A stretch of 64,000 nt of DNA, taken from positions 5,079,007 through 5,143,006 of the forward strand of contig MU062811.1 in the NCBI GenBank assembly GCA_013265495.1, read 5' to 3'. The stretch's first letter is position 1. Each line of letters starts with the position of its first letter. This DNA is from Vicugna vicugna (Eukaryota). Positions 51,340 through 62,756 of this stretch are shown in pieces. The position numbers were made by a program, and so were the translations under genes. The notes beneath the pieces were generated by a model, which ran no database searches, was not told where the DNA came from, and saw nothing but the letters and a program-made list of their open reading frames with translations.

Positions 51340-51870
51340 ATTGATGAACATTCGACAATATCATGGGAGCACGATCAGCCAAATCCAGAATGGAGGAAAT
51401 TCTGTCTACAGAACAAGCCATTATGTTCTTAAACAAGAAAAAAATAAAAGAAAGAGGGAAAAGAGAGGAAAGAATGGCTGTTATAGGTGGAAACATCAAC
51501 CAAATGCAGTGTGGGGACCATACTTAGATCCTGATTCAAAAAAATCAGCTGTACAAGGATTCACAGAAGAGTTCTGGAGATTGGTCACAAACAATGTGAA
51601 TGTACTTCCTACCAACCTGTACACTTAAAAATGGTTAAAATGGTGAATTTTATGTGTATTTTCTCATGATTAAGAATTAAAAAAAAAAGATATTCATGGA
51701 CCAATTGGGGAACGTGAACACTGAGTGGATAATAAATGACATTAAGGGTTCATTCATTTTTAAAGGGTGACATGGTTTTACTGAAGAGCCTGAATTTCTT
51801 AGAGATACATACAATCCTATTTACAGATTAGATGATACAGTGTCTGGGATTTGCTTTTTTTTATTTTTTA
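51340..51870 (+). mobile_element. Old L1 (L1ME-like) 3' fragments with a nested short L1MB-like piece
   Basis: cagccaaatccagaatggaggaaattct...; tgtacacttaaaaatggttaaaatggtgaattttatg at ~51618-51660; ...gtctgggatttgcttt. Confidence 0.6.
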
Positions 51871-53094
51871 TAAACTTACAGTTTATTTAAAAAATAATTG
51901 TTGCTGTTGGGGAGACCAGAACGCTTGCTTGGCTTCCTTTCTGGAAGCCGTTCCGTCTTGGGAAGAAGGGGACTGACCAGATTCAGTGGTGAAGGCAGCC
52001 GGTTCCGGGGAGGTGGGAAGCAGACACACCAGGTGCTACAGAGCCCCCTCCCCTGTCACTGCACCTGCAAGCAGCTCTCATCCTGCTTGTGCTGCCTCGG
52101 GGAGGTATCAGCTGGGTGCCCCCTTCCCAACAGACTAGTATGGGATCGGGTACCGACACAGAGAGGCTGCAGTTCCCTCAGAGACGCTTTCCTACCCCAG
52201 CCCCCCAGCCCTCTACACATCTTGGGGTGTGCAGGACTTAAGTTTACAAAGAGCCCCAAAGACAATTTTATTTGAGCCACGCTGCAGCCCAGCTGTGGGG
52301 TGGGGGTGTGTGTGAGGGCTGGGATGGGGGAACCACTGTGTTTTCTGAGAAGAGGGAGGGTGGATTGGAGGAGCCGCAGAGTCTGGACCAGAGCAGGGAC
52401 TAGGCAGGGTCCCCCACTTTCCAGCCAAACCCCTACATACTCCAGCTTCTCTCCAAGGAGGTGAGGGGCTGCTTCTTTCCTTGTCCTAGGCTGGCTTTGC
52501 CCACAGGGCTATCTATCACTGGTAGCGAAAAAGATCTGCCCGACCTGGATCACAGGGAGAGCCGTTGTGAAGGGCAGTGAGAAGCGGGCTTCAGAGCACA
52601 GGGGAGTACTGGGGACGAGGGGCACTGGGGGTGTGGCTCAGGAATCCGGCAGCGGCACTCTCTTCCTCGGCTCCTTCATGTAGTTGTGGCTGGACTTCAG
52701 CATCACACCTGGAGAAAGTTGCCACATCAGCCCCTGGGTCATATTTTCGTAGGAGGTTTCCTTAGTGTCACAAGCTCCAGGATGGAGGCTCCAGCCCAGG
52801 TGGGAGCCCCAAGCCATCACCTACGTTTAGAGGCTCCCATGCCCTGGGTTCCACTCTCTACCTCTCCCTGGGAGCCCAGAGGTACCCACAGGCAGCTCCC
52901 AGCCACATATGCTCAGAGAGTCCCTGTCCTGGCTGCATCTGGGCAGATCCCTGCCACCCGGGATATGGGGCTTAAGTCATGGAACCACGCCACCAGTAGT
53001 CATAGTGGCAGCCACCCCGTGCCGAGGACCACACTCCAGGGACTAGCCTGCAGTAGAAAAATGGTGCATAGGAATACACATCAAGAGGACACTT

Positions 53095-53210
53095 GACAAA
53101 CATTTAATGAGCACCTACTATGCACCAGACCCTATGCAGGGCGCTAGGAAAATGAAGTCAATGCAATCCAGCCCTTGCCCGGAAGGAGCTCACAGTCTAG
53201 CAGTCAGTCA
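53095..53210 (-). mobile_element. L2 3' end fragment
   Basis: acaaacatttaatgagcacctactatgcaccagaccc...ggagctcacagtctag. Confidence 0.7.
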
Positions 53211-54704
53211 CCATCAGTCATAATTAACATCTGCGTAGGTGCACTTAGCTTCACAATGGTACAACGAGGTTTTATGTAAGTTCTCCCAATTGTAAATACC
53301 CAGCAACACAGCCACGTTGTTTTAAAAGCACATTGGCATAAATGTAAACAATTTCACATGATTGAACAGACGGACAGCAACCACCTGCAGTAATTCATGT
53401 CTGTGTTTCAGAACCAGACTTTCAGCATTATTTATACCTTCCTGTTAGGCAGGATAAAGTTTTGCTAATTTGCAAAAACAGTGGCAGAGACACAGGGGCG
53501 TTCCATGGCCCCCTGATGTCATGCACTGGTGGGGCCACCCTAGACTCAAGGGGTCCTGAATGCTCGCCCACTTTTCCTCTACCGCACCACACATCTTCTG
53601 GTCTACACTGGACGAGGGCCCCACACATCGTTGGGCTCTCCCACCCGAGTTTGTCAGATGGCAAGAAAGCACCATGTCCCATATGCCAACCATGCTGTGA
53701 GATCACTCACACCGGATTGGGCCCATGGGTGACACCAGCTCAGTCAGGCATGCAGCAGAGTGTTTAAGTGCAGATCCTTCCTGATTTAGGGACCAGCTTT
53801 CCAGTCAATCTCAAAACTTGGCTGGGTCAGTGTTGTATAGGAACAACTGGCCTGCGCGTCCCGCTTCCGCCCCACCTCTCCCTGAATGCACGGCATCCAT
53901 CAGGAGCGGTGAAGCAGTCCAGGTGCAGAGGGTGGACTGCCCAATTTATCCCGCTCACCCCTGGATTCTAAATGGGACAGTTTGGGACCTGAGATGGAGC
54001 TCCCTGTGCCTCTCGAGAGCCCCCACCACCAAAAAATGAAACAATCCTACACAGATCTGCCCTGTGATGGTTAGTTCAGGAGAGTAAGGGGTAAGGAATC
54101 TTGGTGAAGAGACCCAAAGTGGACCATCTCCTGGTCTGGAGAAGGGGAAAGCAGCCAAAGACTTGGGTGTAATTAAGCCAAGGAGGGGCCGAGCATGCAA
54201 AGCTGAAGGTTGGAGGTGGCAGGAAGGCCGGTGTTCAGGACCCAAGTGCCTGCCTCCCTTTCCTGGGGCTGGGAGAGGAGGCATCTCTCTCGACACCCTG
54301 GCCACAACCCGCACACTTTGGAAAGGTCATAAAGTCTCAGCTCCTAAGGTCCCCTACTGTAGCCTGTCTTGGACACACAGGGGGCCCTACCAAGTGAGTC
54401 AGAAAGTGCATGTTAAAGAAAAGGTGTTTCTGACCCCATCTGGAGGGCAGGTCATGGGTGGAGGTGCATGGGGGGAAGGGGTGACCCTCCGTGACTGAGG
54501 CCAACTTGGCCTCAGTCCACTGGCCCACAAAGCCTTGCCCTGGCCCTGCTCCAGCCTCTGGGGTGGAGGCTTTTGGGCTCCCACCCAGGACCACCTCTCA
54601 GCCCTCCTGCCCCTCAAGGTTGCTCCAGGAGGCTGGATATCCTGCTAGGAAGCCCCATCCCTCAATGATGGCCCAGACAAAACTTTCTTCATAAAAAAAA
54701 ATAA

Positions 54705-54710
54705 TTTATT
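54705..54710 (-). terminator. SPINDOC polyadenylation signal AATAAA
   Basis: tttatt on the plus strand ~580 nt past the stop, followed in sense by a T-rich tract. Confidence 0.75.
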
Positions 54711-55291
54711 GTCAACAAAGGAGGTATATACAACAGGAAAAGAGGTGAACAGGAGAGTAGGGGTGAACGAGCCCCCCAGGTAGGCTGCTTCAGCCACCTG
54801 TGGGGATGGAGTGGGAAGAGGTAATGGAGGTCTCCTGGTCCAGGAGCCTGAACAGGTGGGGGAGGAGAGGCGTCCCCCGAGGTAGTGGGACTCAGTTCAA
54901 CCCCGTTGCGACCACCTCTTGTGTAAGGCACTGTGCCAAGGGAGAATGAGAGGGGGCTAACAGGGTGGGAGGTGGTGGGGGGAGGGGGACAGAGGTCTGG
55001 GTCAGCAAAAGAATCGGGTGGGTGTTCTCCACAGGCCCAATGCCCTACTGCACAACAGCCCCCAGCGTCCTCTGCCCCCCTCAGGGTCTGGCCTCAAGCC
55101 TCCCTAAGGGGAGACATTTTCCAGCATCCCCAAGTCACAGCAGATGCCACCCGCCCTCCTCTCCTCCATCCTGCCTTGGCACCTGGTTTTACTCTCTCCA
55201 TCAGATGGCCGAGCTGGGCAGCTCTGAACGATAGGCCGAAGGGGGACACTGCCTCCTCCCTCCCTCCCTCCCACCCCAGAAAAACAAGAAC

Positions 55292-55503
55292 CTATACATC
55301 ACTCCCTGCCTCTGGCTGCCCCCCGACAGCAGTGCTGGATTCCGACAGAACCACGGGCCAGTCTGGGGCGTCACCTGCTCCCACACCCTTGGTGCCCTGG
55401 GGGTGCTTGGACCAATCTTGCAGGAGGCTGACTGCCGGCGGCTCCTCCAACCGCACACGGATAACCTGGAGATCCAGTGTCCCACGGAGCCCCGGAGGGG
55501 GAG
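55292..55503 (-). CDS. SPINDOC: SPINDOC last exon, coding part
   Basis: 212 nt; APPPGLRGTLDLQVIRVRLEEPPAVSLLQDWSKHPQGTKGVGAGDAPDWPVVLSESSTAVGGQPEAGSDV then TAG at 55294-55292. Confidence 0.96.
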
Positions 55504-56454
55504 CTGGGCAGGGATGGGAGCAGAGAGCAGAGTCAGGGCCCTCTGGACAATCCATCTTGAGGATGTTCCCTGAAGGTTTCTGCACCCCCATTTCCAAGCC
55601 TTCAATTCCATAGCCCAGTAATTCTGATCTGAGGGGAAGTCCAGGGACAGTGGGATAATCTGCTCCTGGTTCACCCAAGGACCAGCATCTCCCACAAGGC
55701 CACACCTCCTCAGGGATCAGCCGCAGGCCCCCTGTAGCCTTCCTCCCTCCCGTGTGTATTCCGGCACATGGATGCTCAGTGTTTCACTCCTTTCCCCTCA
55801 TCTTTCAGCTGATTCCGTCCCATCTAGAACTTAACTGGGCATCCTAGCCTGATGAGTTCTGCCCTGTGTAGGCAGAGGTGGCGGGCGAGGAACACCCCAA
55901 AGCAGAAAAAGACATGGCTTGGCCCGCAACTGAGCTCCCAGGTGAATCTGCAGGGTGGAGGAGCGAGCTCTGGACAGAGTCCTTGGTTAGCATCCCAGCT
56001 CTGCTTTGCAACCTCGACCAAGCTCTTCATCTCCTGAGTCAAAACCTACCATGCGGGGGACAGCCACCTCAGCAGTGTGGACAAGCTACTCAGAAAGGCC
56101 AAAACCGGGCCTCAAGACAGTGGAGTGAGGACTGCCAAAAGCCACTGGGCAGCTACCAAAATGTCCCCTGCAATACGGCACATGCAGAAGTGACATGAAG
56201 AGCAAAACCAAAACATGACGATTGCCACTCTTGCGGTGTCATTGTTTGTGGCTTTCTTCTGTGCTGTTTTGAGAGACACAGTAATTTTAAATGTGGCAGA
56301 GAAAACAGCTACAATTATTTTGCTGTACCGTTTGCTAGGGTTTAAAATGACTCGACAGCCGCCACTTGGTTGTGCAATTGAACAAATCCTGCTTTGTATT
56401 CACGTGAGCTGGTCCGTCTCCCTGACAAACTCCGAACTCCTTGAAGACAGGTGA

Positions 56455-57830
56455 TCCCTCACATTCACTTTTAATTCAACAAAGACTTATTAGGCAACCA
56501 TACTGTGCCCAGAGCTACTCCAGCTGCAAGGGGTACAGCAGTACCTGGAGGAAACCACGTGGCCTTCTTGGAACTTTCGTTCCAGTGGTGAAAGCCAATA
56601 AACGGAATACACAAAAAAATCCGATGTGATATATATAAACAGAAGCAAAGCCAAAAAGTACACCAGGGACAGGGACACAGTAGCAGGGAGGGCCTCACGG
56701 AGCTGACACGTGAGCAAAGACGTACAGGAAGTGAGGAGTCAGCGGTGTGTCTAGCTGGGAGAATGTTCCTGGCAGGAGGCAGGGCAAATGCAGATGCCCC
56801 GGTGGGGTGGGAGAGGTAAAGACCCTGGGGTGAGGATCGCCAGTCCCCACAAGGACTGGTTTTTATCTGGAGTGTGAAGGTGACAGCACTGGAGGCTCTG
56901 AGCAGAGCAGTGACAGGGTCCCACGTGTGTCTTCAACAGGGACATCACCTGCTGTATGGGACCGATCACAGCGGGCAAAGATTAGAAGCTGGGAGACAAG
57001 TGGGAAGATTGTTAAGGAAGCTGGGACTAAGGCAGCAGCATTAGAAGGAGTGACAGGAGTGGATTCTGAGCCTTTTGGAGGTGGGGCTAATGGGATTTGC
57101 TGACGGACCAATTAGAGACATGGAAAAGGATGACTCTGAGGGTTTGGCCTAAGCAAACTGAAGAACTGGGCTTAGCTTCCTGGGAAAGGGAAGACTGGGG
57201 AGAAGTAGAGTGGCTGGGGGTGAGGGTAGAACACTGGGCTTCTGTTCAGAAACGCCGAGCTTGAGAGATCTCGTAGACAACCAGCTAGGCACGTCACATG
57301 GGCAATGAACCGAGGGGAGAGGTGGGATTGTGAGCTTACGAATGATACTTCAAGCTGTGAGCCTGGAAGGGGTCACCCAGGGCATGAGTACAGATCATGA
57401 CCATGGTTAGTCATTCATTCAATCCATAAATGGCCCCTATTCTGTGCTGGGCTCAGGGGTTATCACAGCAAAGAAACAGGCAAACATTTCCTTTGCCAAA
57501 GGAGCTTATATTCTAGAAACACTAAGAAAGACAACCAGAGGATCCAACTCGGGGAGCTGGGAATGAACCAACAAGAGAAATGAAGAGCCAGCGAGGCAGG
57601 AGCACACCAGGCACGCTGCTGCCCGAGAAGCCAAGCGCAGAAAGTGTCTCTAGGAAGGAAGGAGGGATGGGTTCCTTGTTCCTGCCAGGTAGGAAAGATG
57701 AGGGCTGAGAATTAACCACTGGAGCTAACTTTATGGAAGTCAATGGTGGTCTCGTCAAGAAAGCCATTTTAGTGTGGGGTGGTGAGCTTGACTCAAGTGG
57801 CTTCCAAAGACAGACTAGAGGCATTTAGTC
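56455..57830 (-). mobile_element. L2 fragments (two adjacent pieces)
   Basis: attcaacaaagacttattaggcaaccatactgtgcccag...; second head cattcattcaatccataaatggcccctattctgtgctggg at ~57412. Confidence 0.7.
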
Positions 57831-58064
57831 TAGAAAATGCCTTCCAGTTTTGCTGAAAATGTTTGGGGGCAATGGGACAGTGGCTGGGAAGGGATGAGGG
57901 GTGAAAAAGGGAGAAATGACACCTGTGTGCAGGCTGATGGGGAAAACCCAGAGGAAAGAACAACTCATGGTGACAGAGAACAGATTCTTGGCACTCACCA
58001 CGGGCGGGGCGTCCGCATGGGCTGCCACTCACTGGCCAGGCGGCCCGGGAAGGTACTGCACCTC

Positions 58065-58180
58065 CCCAAGCCTCAGTTTCCTCTTCTGTAAAATGGACAT
58101 CATAATACTTTATAAGGTGGTTGTGTGGATTTCAGGAAATTACATATTAGAAGAGTTCAGTACATTGGAATTAAGTGCCA
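58065..58180 (+). mobile_element. MIR
   Basis: gcctcagtttcctcttctgtaaaatggacatcataatac. Confidence 0.75.
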
Positions 58181-58684
58181 ATTCTTCCTGGCAGCAGGGA
58201 GGGCAGAGGGGAGGGTGGCGGGGAGGAGAGCGTCAAGAGAGCGAGGCCTGAGACGTGGTAGAGAGAACTTCTTTCAGAAACAGTGCATGAACAGAGCCCC
58301 AGGCCACTGAAAAGCAACCGAGGAGGGCTTATCAGTCCCAGGGACAAACTGAGTCCCCTTAGCACCCCGACCCTAAAGCTGCCCCCACTTTCCTCCTGGC
58401 CCCGCCCAACCCCTCTGCTGCCCCAGCATCACCCCCTCCTCCTCTTCCCCAACACCTGTGCCTGTGCATGGACGTGCACCCACCCTCCCCAGAGCCCACT
58501 TCCCTTATTTCTCACTAAGCCTTGTCTCTGAGCAGAGACGCTGGAAATGTCACCACCAGAATGACAAGTAAAGGTGGCTACCATCCACTCGTCTGTCAAT
58601 AAATCGTTCCTGAGGGCTTTCATTGTGCCAGGCCCTATTCTAGGTGCTGAGGATACAGCAGTGAACAGACCCTTCCTCTAGTGA

Positions 58685-58740
58685 AGCGCGCGCACACACA
58701 CACACACAATCTCTCACACTCACTCACTCATCTCACACTT
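58685..58740. repeat. (CG)n(CA)n followed by CT/CA-rich simple repeat
   Basis: gcgcgcgcacacacacacacacaatctctcacactcactcactcatctcacact. Confidence 0.85.
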
Positions 58741-59022
58741 CTTTCTCCTTGGTCCAGCCTGGGAACACACTTGAGTCTGACCAAGGTATCCTAAACCAAA
58801 CCTCCGGGTCCTACTCAGATTAAACACCAGCAGGACAAAGGTTTTTCCCCCGTGGTGAGGGGCCCTCAGGGCTCGCCCCCTCTGCACCCTGATCCTGTGA
58901 GGCCCTTGTGAAGTCCAGCAAGTCTTCCGTGACAATTTCAGATCCATCAGCTCAGCTGACCTGACCACAGTGACTTCTAAATCCTTGATTTTTAAACTTC
59001 TTTTTAAAAGTGGTATGATCTT

Positions 59023-59159
59023 GGGGGGAGGGGATAGCTCAAATGGTAAAGCACATGCTTAGCATGCATGAGGTCCTGGGTTCAATCCCCAGTACCTCTT
59101 CTAAAAAATAAATAAACTTAATTACCTTCCCCCTTAGAAAAAAAAAACTTAAAAAAAAA
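59023..59159 (+). mobile_element. tRNA-Ala(AGC)-derived SINE resembling camelid Vic-1
   Basis: A box tagctcaaatgg, B box ggttcaatccc, anticodon loop cttagcat, A-rich tail. Target-site duplication aaaagtggtatgatctt (59006-59022) / aaaagtggtaggatctt (59156-59172), 16/17 identical. Confidence 0.85.
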
Positions 59160-59294
59160 GTGGTAGGATCTTTACTCAAATAAAAGCTTTGGAGAACTTC
59201 AATAAACAAGACAACTCAAAGTAGAGATATTCTGGTGAAAGCCTGACAGGTTTCTGAGAAAACTGTCCACGTTTTGGGTTCTAAAATCTTAAAT

Positions 59295-59482
59295 CCGGAT
59301 AAACAAGCTCCTACTGTGTAGCACAGGGAACTATACTCAATATCCTATAACAAACCACAACAGAAAAGAATACAAAAGAAAAGACATATACATACATACA
59401 TAAAACTGAACTACTTTGCTACACACCAGAAATGAACACAACACTATAAATCAACTATACTTAGTTAAACAAACAAACAAAC
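59295..59482 (+). mobile_element. Young cetartiodactyl-type L1 3' end (5'-truncated)
   Basis: ataaacaagctcctactgtgtagcacagggaactatactcaatatcc...aactactttgctacacaccagaaatgaacacaacactataaatcaactatac with an (AAAC)n tail. Confidence 0.8.
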
Positions 59483-60519
59483 TTTAACCCAGTCTGAAAC
59501 CACTAGTCTGGAGCCTGTGCTCTGCCCAGAGCCATCGCAGGCACCCTATTTGCTGCTTCACTGCCTCTGACCTGTACTCCCAGGCAGACTGAGTTTCTTG
59601 GGGACAAAGGCTGCCCCACTCCTGTCATTCCCCGGAGCGCTTCCCAGGGGGCCGGGCTGCAGGAACACTTGCTGCTGTGTTACTCAGTACCTCCTGTGGT
59701 TTCCAGACCATCTTCAGCCTCGAATTAGCTTGTTGGACTCCAGAGTCTCAGGTTTTGCCCACTCATCCCAAATGAACCGAGATCTCAAGGGCGCCCTTCT
59801 CAGCTACCGGTCACTCCAGACAGATGGGGCTCGGGCAAAGGATACCCCAGGGTTTGAAATGAAGGCCCTCTTTTGAGAATGAAAGCAGAAGACCTATTAG
59901 CCAACGGAAGAGGTCAGCCTTTTAGAGCAGGGGTCCACTGACGATGTGAGGGGGCTCAGGAAATGCTCAAGCCCAGGCCGAGCACAGTCCTGGGGAGGCA
60001 GGACTGGAACGTGACCCAAGCTGAAACCTGAGAGTTAAGACCAAACAGGGGTGAGGTCTGCCTCGGGACTAGAAAAAGCGGAGCCCCTTTTGGTAAAAAG
60101 TCAATCAACGAAAGCACATGTGCACATACCCACACACATAGCTTCCTAAAAGTTCCAAAGGACACAAGCCAAATTTTTGACAGTGGTCACCACTGAGTGA
60201 TGTGGGCTGAAGCGACATGTATGCTTTTTTCTTTTGGCAAAAAGTACACCCTCCTTTTGAGAGCCCCGCTCTGGGGAGCCTCCAGCACCCTGTGTACCAT
60301 CTTTCTCGGGGCTCCAACTCCAAATGCACATTTCAGACAGGCTGGAACAAGGCATTCTCTGCATCATGCATTCACTCCTTCAAGAACCACTTTCTGAGCC
60401 CGCGATGCTGCGAGCAGGGCCTGGTCTGGCGAGACAAAGAGAGGAACCAGGCTCAGCCGCTGCCCTGCTGGAACATAGACCAGTCTCATCTGAATTCTGC
60501 TACCACCTGGTTACGTGAC

Positions 60520-61012
60520 TGTGAAGCAGAATATTGGCCCCCAAAGATGTCCAGGTCCCAATCCCAGGACCTGGGAATACGGAATGTTACACAGCAAGGG
60601 AGAATTAAGGCTACAGATGGAATTGACATTGCTTATCAGGCGACTTTAAAATAAAGAGATGATATGGATGATCTGGGTGGGCTCAGTGTAGTCACAAGGG
60701 TCTTTAATGGAGGCAGAAGAGTCAGAACCAAAGGCAGCATCCTAAGAAAGACTCCGCTGGCCACTGCTGGCTCTGGCAATGGGAGGAGAGCACAAGCCAA
60801 GGAACGCGGGCCAGCTGCTAGAAGCTGGAAAAGGCAAGAGTTCCCTCTTCAGGAGCCAGAAAGGAACACGGCCCTGCTGATACCCTGACTGTAGGCCAGT
60901 GAGATGGCTTCCAGGCCTCGGACCTCCAGAACTGAAATGCAGTAAATCTGTGTGGCTGTAAAGTCACTGAATTTGTGGTGGCTTGTTACAGCAGCCACAG
61001 GAAATGAATACA
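60520..61012 (+). mobile_element. MLT1 (MLT1D-like) MaLR solo LTR
   Basis: TG...CA ends; gaatattggcccccaaagatgtcc...ctagaagctggaaaaggcaag...aaggaacacggccctgctgata...ttgttacagcagccacaggaaatgaataca. Confidence 0.85.
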
Positions 61013-61529
61013 CAGGCAAGGGAGAAAGAACCACGGTTCTGAGACTCAGCCTTACTTTCATAAGGGCCAAATGAACTGCATATAAAGGTTTCTTAAAATT
61101 GGAGGACACGATAAAACACAGGTGCTTACTGCTCTTATAAGAGAACACACTCAGCTGCTTTATCCCCGGGGTATCTGCTGAGTTCACCACTGTTCTCCCG
61201 TCAGTCGTCCCATTTAGGCCCCTGCTCCACCAGGGTCAAGGTGGGCACCTCAGGCTCCAGCTGGAATCAACCTTAAGTGTGGTGACGGGTGTCAGGCTTT
61301 GGGAAGCACTGGCCTGATCCAACCTACAAACCAGGACACTCCCAAGGAGCTCACAGAAAACTTGGCTCTCTGCCAGCCTGTCATTCAAACCCACCTGCCT
61401 GTGGCCCCATGGCCCCGTCTCCCAGGGGCCTGGAGCACCAGTCACCTCTATCCTGGGCTCTGCTGCAGACCAGACCCCAGGGATGTGGCCTGCCGACCCT
61501 CCACCTGTTGCCCTGTCTCAGGAGCTCAC

Positions 61530-61730
61530 CTGGGGAGGGGCTTTCCGGCTGGAGGAGGCCTCCTTCTGCCCCTCTCCCCTCTTTGGACAAGTCCTTGCTG
61601 TCTGAGGCCCTGAGCTGGGTGTGGGAGAAGAGCTGGAGGACGAAGCCGGGGGGAAAGCTGCCATCGGTGAAGTGTCGGACTTCGGGCGGAGCTGCGAAAG
61701 TCTCTGCGGGCGAGTCAGGTGAGGGGGGGT
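61530..61730 (-). CDS. SPINDOC: SPINDOC exon 5 (contains the Spindlin1-binding segment known from the orthologue)
   Basis: 201 nt; DPPSPDSPAETFAAPPEVRHFTDGSFPPGFVLQLFSHTQLRASDSKDLSKEGRGAEGGLLQPESPSP; donor gtgag. Confidence 0.96.
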
Positions 61731-61912
61731 CTGGAAGGCGGGAAAGGATGGCACTGTGAGTCCAGAAGGCTGGGCTGCCCCAACCCACAAGGCCAGCTTA
61801 GGCCTGGGCCTGCGGCCTCAGGGGAGGTGCAGGTGTCCTCTGTCGCCCACCCAACCCTGCAGCTTTCCTCCTGGAGCGATGCAGCCAGAGCCTACACCTT
61901 TCTCCCCTTCAC

Positions 61913-62050
61913 CTGGGTCCGGGTCCGGGTCCAGGTCCAGGGTTTTGGTCACGGGTCTGCCTCTTTTCTTTCTGACTGGCTCGTCCCCAGGGGGCTCCTT
62001 CCATCTCTGACCCCGGGGCTTCTTGGTTACTGGCTCCGTGACAGGGGCAG
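61913..62050 (-). CDS. SPINDOC: SPINDOC exon 4 (K/R-rich motifs)
   Basis: 138 nt; AAPVTEPVTKKPRGQRWKEPPGDEPVRKKRGRPVTKTLDLDPDPDP. Confidence 0.95.
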
Positions 62051-62183
62051 CTGCAAAAGGATGAGACCTTTTTAAGAGGCCTGACTCCTGCAACCTCAGG
62101 GCTGCGGAAGGTATCGCTCTCCACCCAGAACTCTGGCCCATGCACCCCCTTCCCCCTAACTCACAGGCTTCAGGCTGACTGAC

Positions 62184-62333
62184 CAGGGAGTTCAAGAGGG
62201 CGGAGTCCCCGGGGCCGGCTCCTTCTAGGGAGGGATGGGTTGTCCTCAGAGTCCAGGAGAACAACAATCTCCGCTGGCATTTTGGCAGGGTCGGCATCAG
62301 AGTCTGGGTCCACATCAACATCATGTCCTGAGT
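62184..62333 (-). CDS. SPINDOC: SPINDOC exon 3
   Basis: 150 nt; DSGHDVDVDPDSDADPAKMPAEIVVLLDSEDNPSLPRRSRPRGLRPLELP; donor gtcagt. Confidence 0.95.
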
Positions 62334-62426
62334 CTAAAGGGGGCAGATGCCAGTGAGTAACAAGGGTTCTGAGAGACCTGACTTCTCCCTCCACCCTCAT
62401 CCCACCCTGGCCCCAGGCTGCACTAC

Positions 62427-62756
62427 CTGAGTGGGGTGGGGACGGCTGCTCGGTTCTGAAGTCTTGCAAAAGGGCCACCCCCTCGCTCCAGGCCTCCAGG
62501 ATGTTGCTCTTCTCAGAAGGGCTCAGGTCCAGGGTGTGAGGATGCTGCTCCAGGATGTGCGAGCGTGCCGTGTCTGCCGAGGGAGCCCGGATCTCCGCCC
62601 CACACACCATGCACAGCGCGCGCCCGCTGCCTCGGGGGCTGTTCCCCACCAGGAACTCCTGCTCCCAAGACACCTGCTGCCTGGGCTCCTCACAGCTGTC
62701 GCTGCCTGCCTCCAGCAGGCTGGGCCTGGGTGGTGGCGTCTTCTCCTGCTGGGCCA
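62427..62756 (-). CDS. SPINDOC: SPINDOC (C11orf84) exon 2, C2H2-like zinc finger
   Basis: 330 nt; (V)AQQEKTPPPRPS...RALCMVCGAEIRAPSADTARSHILEQHPHTLDLSPSEKSNILEAWSEGVALLQDFRTEQPSPPHS; tag| and |gtagtg. Confidence 0.96.

Noticed and set aside
54933-55613. 226-aa plus-strand ORF at the SPINDOC 3' end
   Set aside because: Antisense to the last exon and 3'UTR, low-complexity P/S/G composition, no family resemblance.
59023-59100. Possible tRNA-Ala(AGC) gene
   Set aside because: It has a TSD, an A-rich tail, extra 5' Gs and a degenerate acceptor stem, so it is a tRNA-derived SINE and not a tRNA gene.
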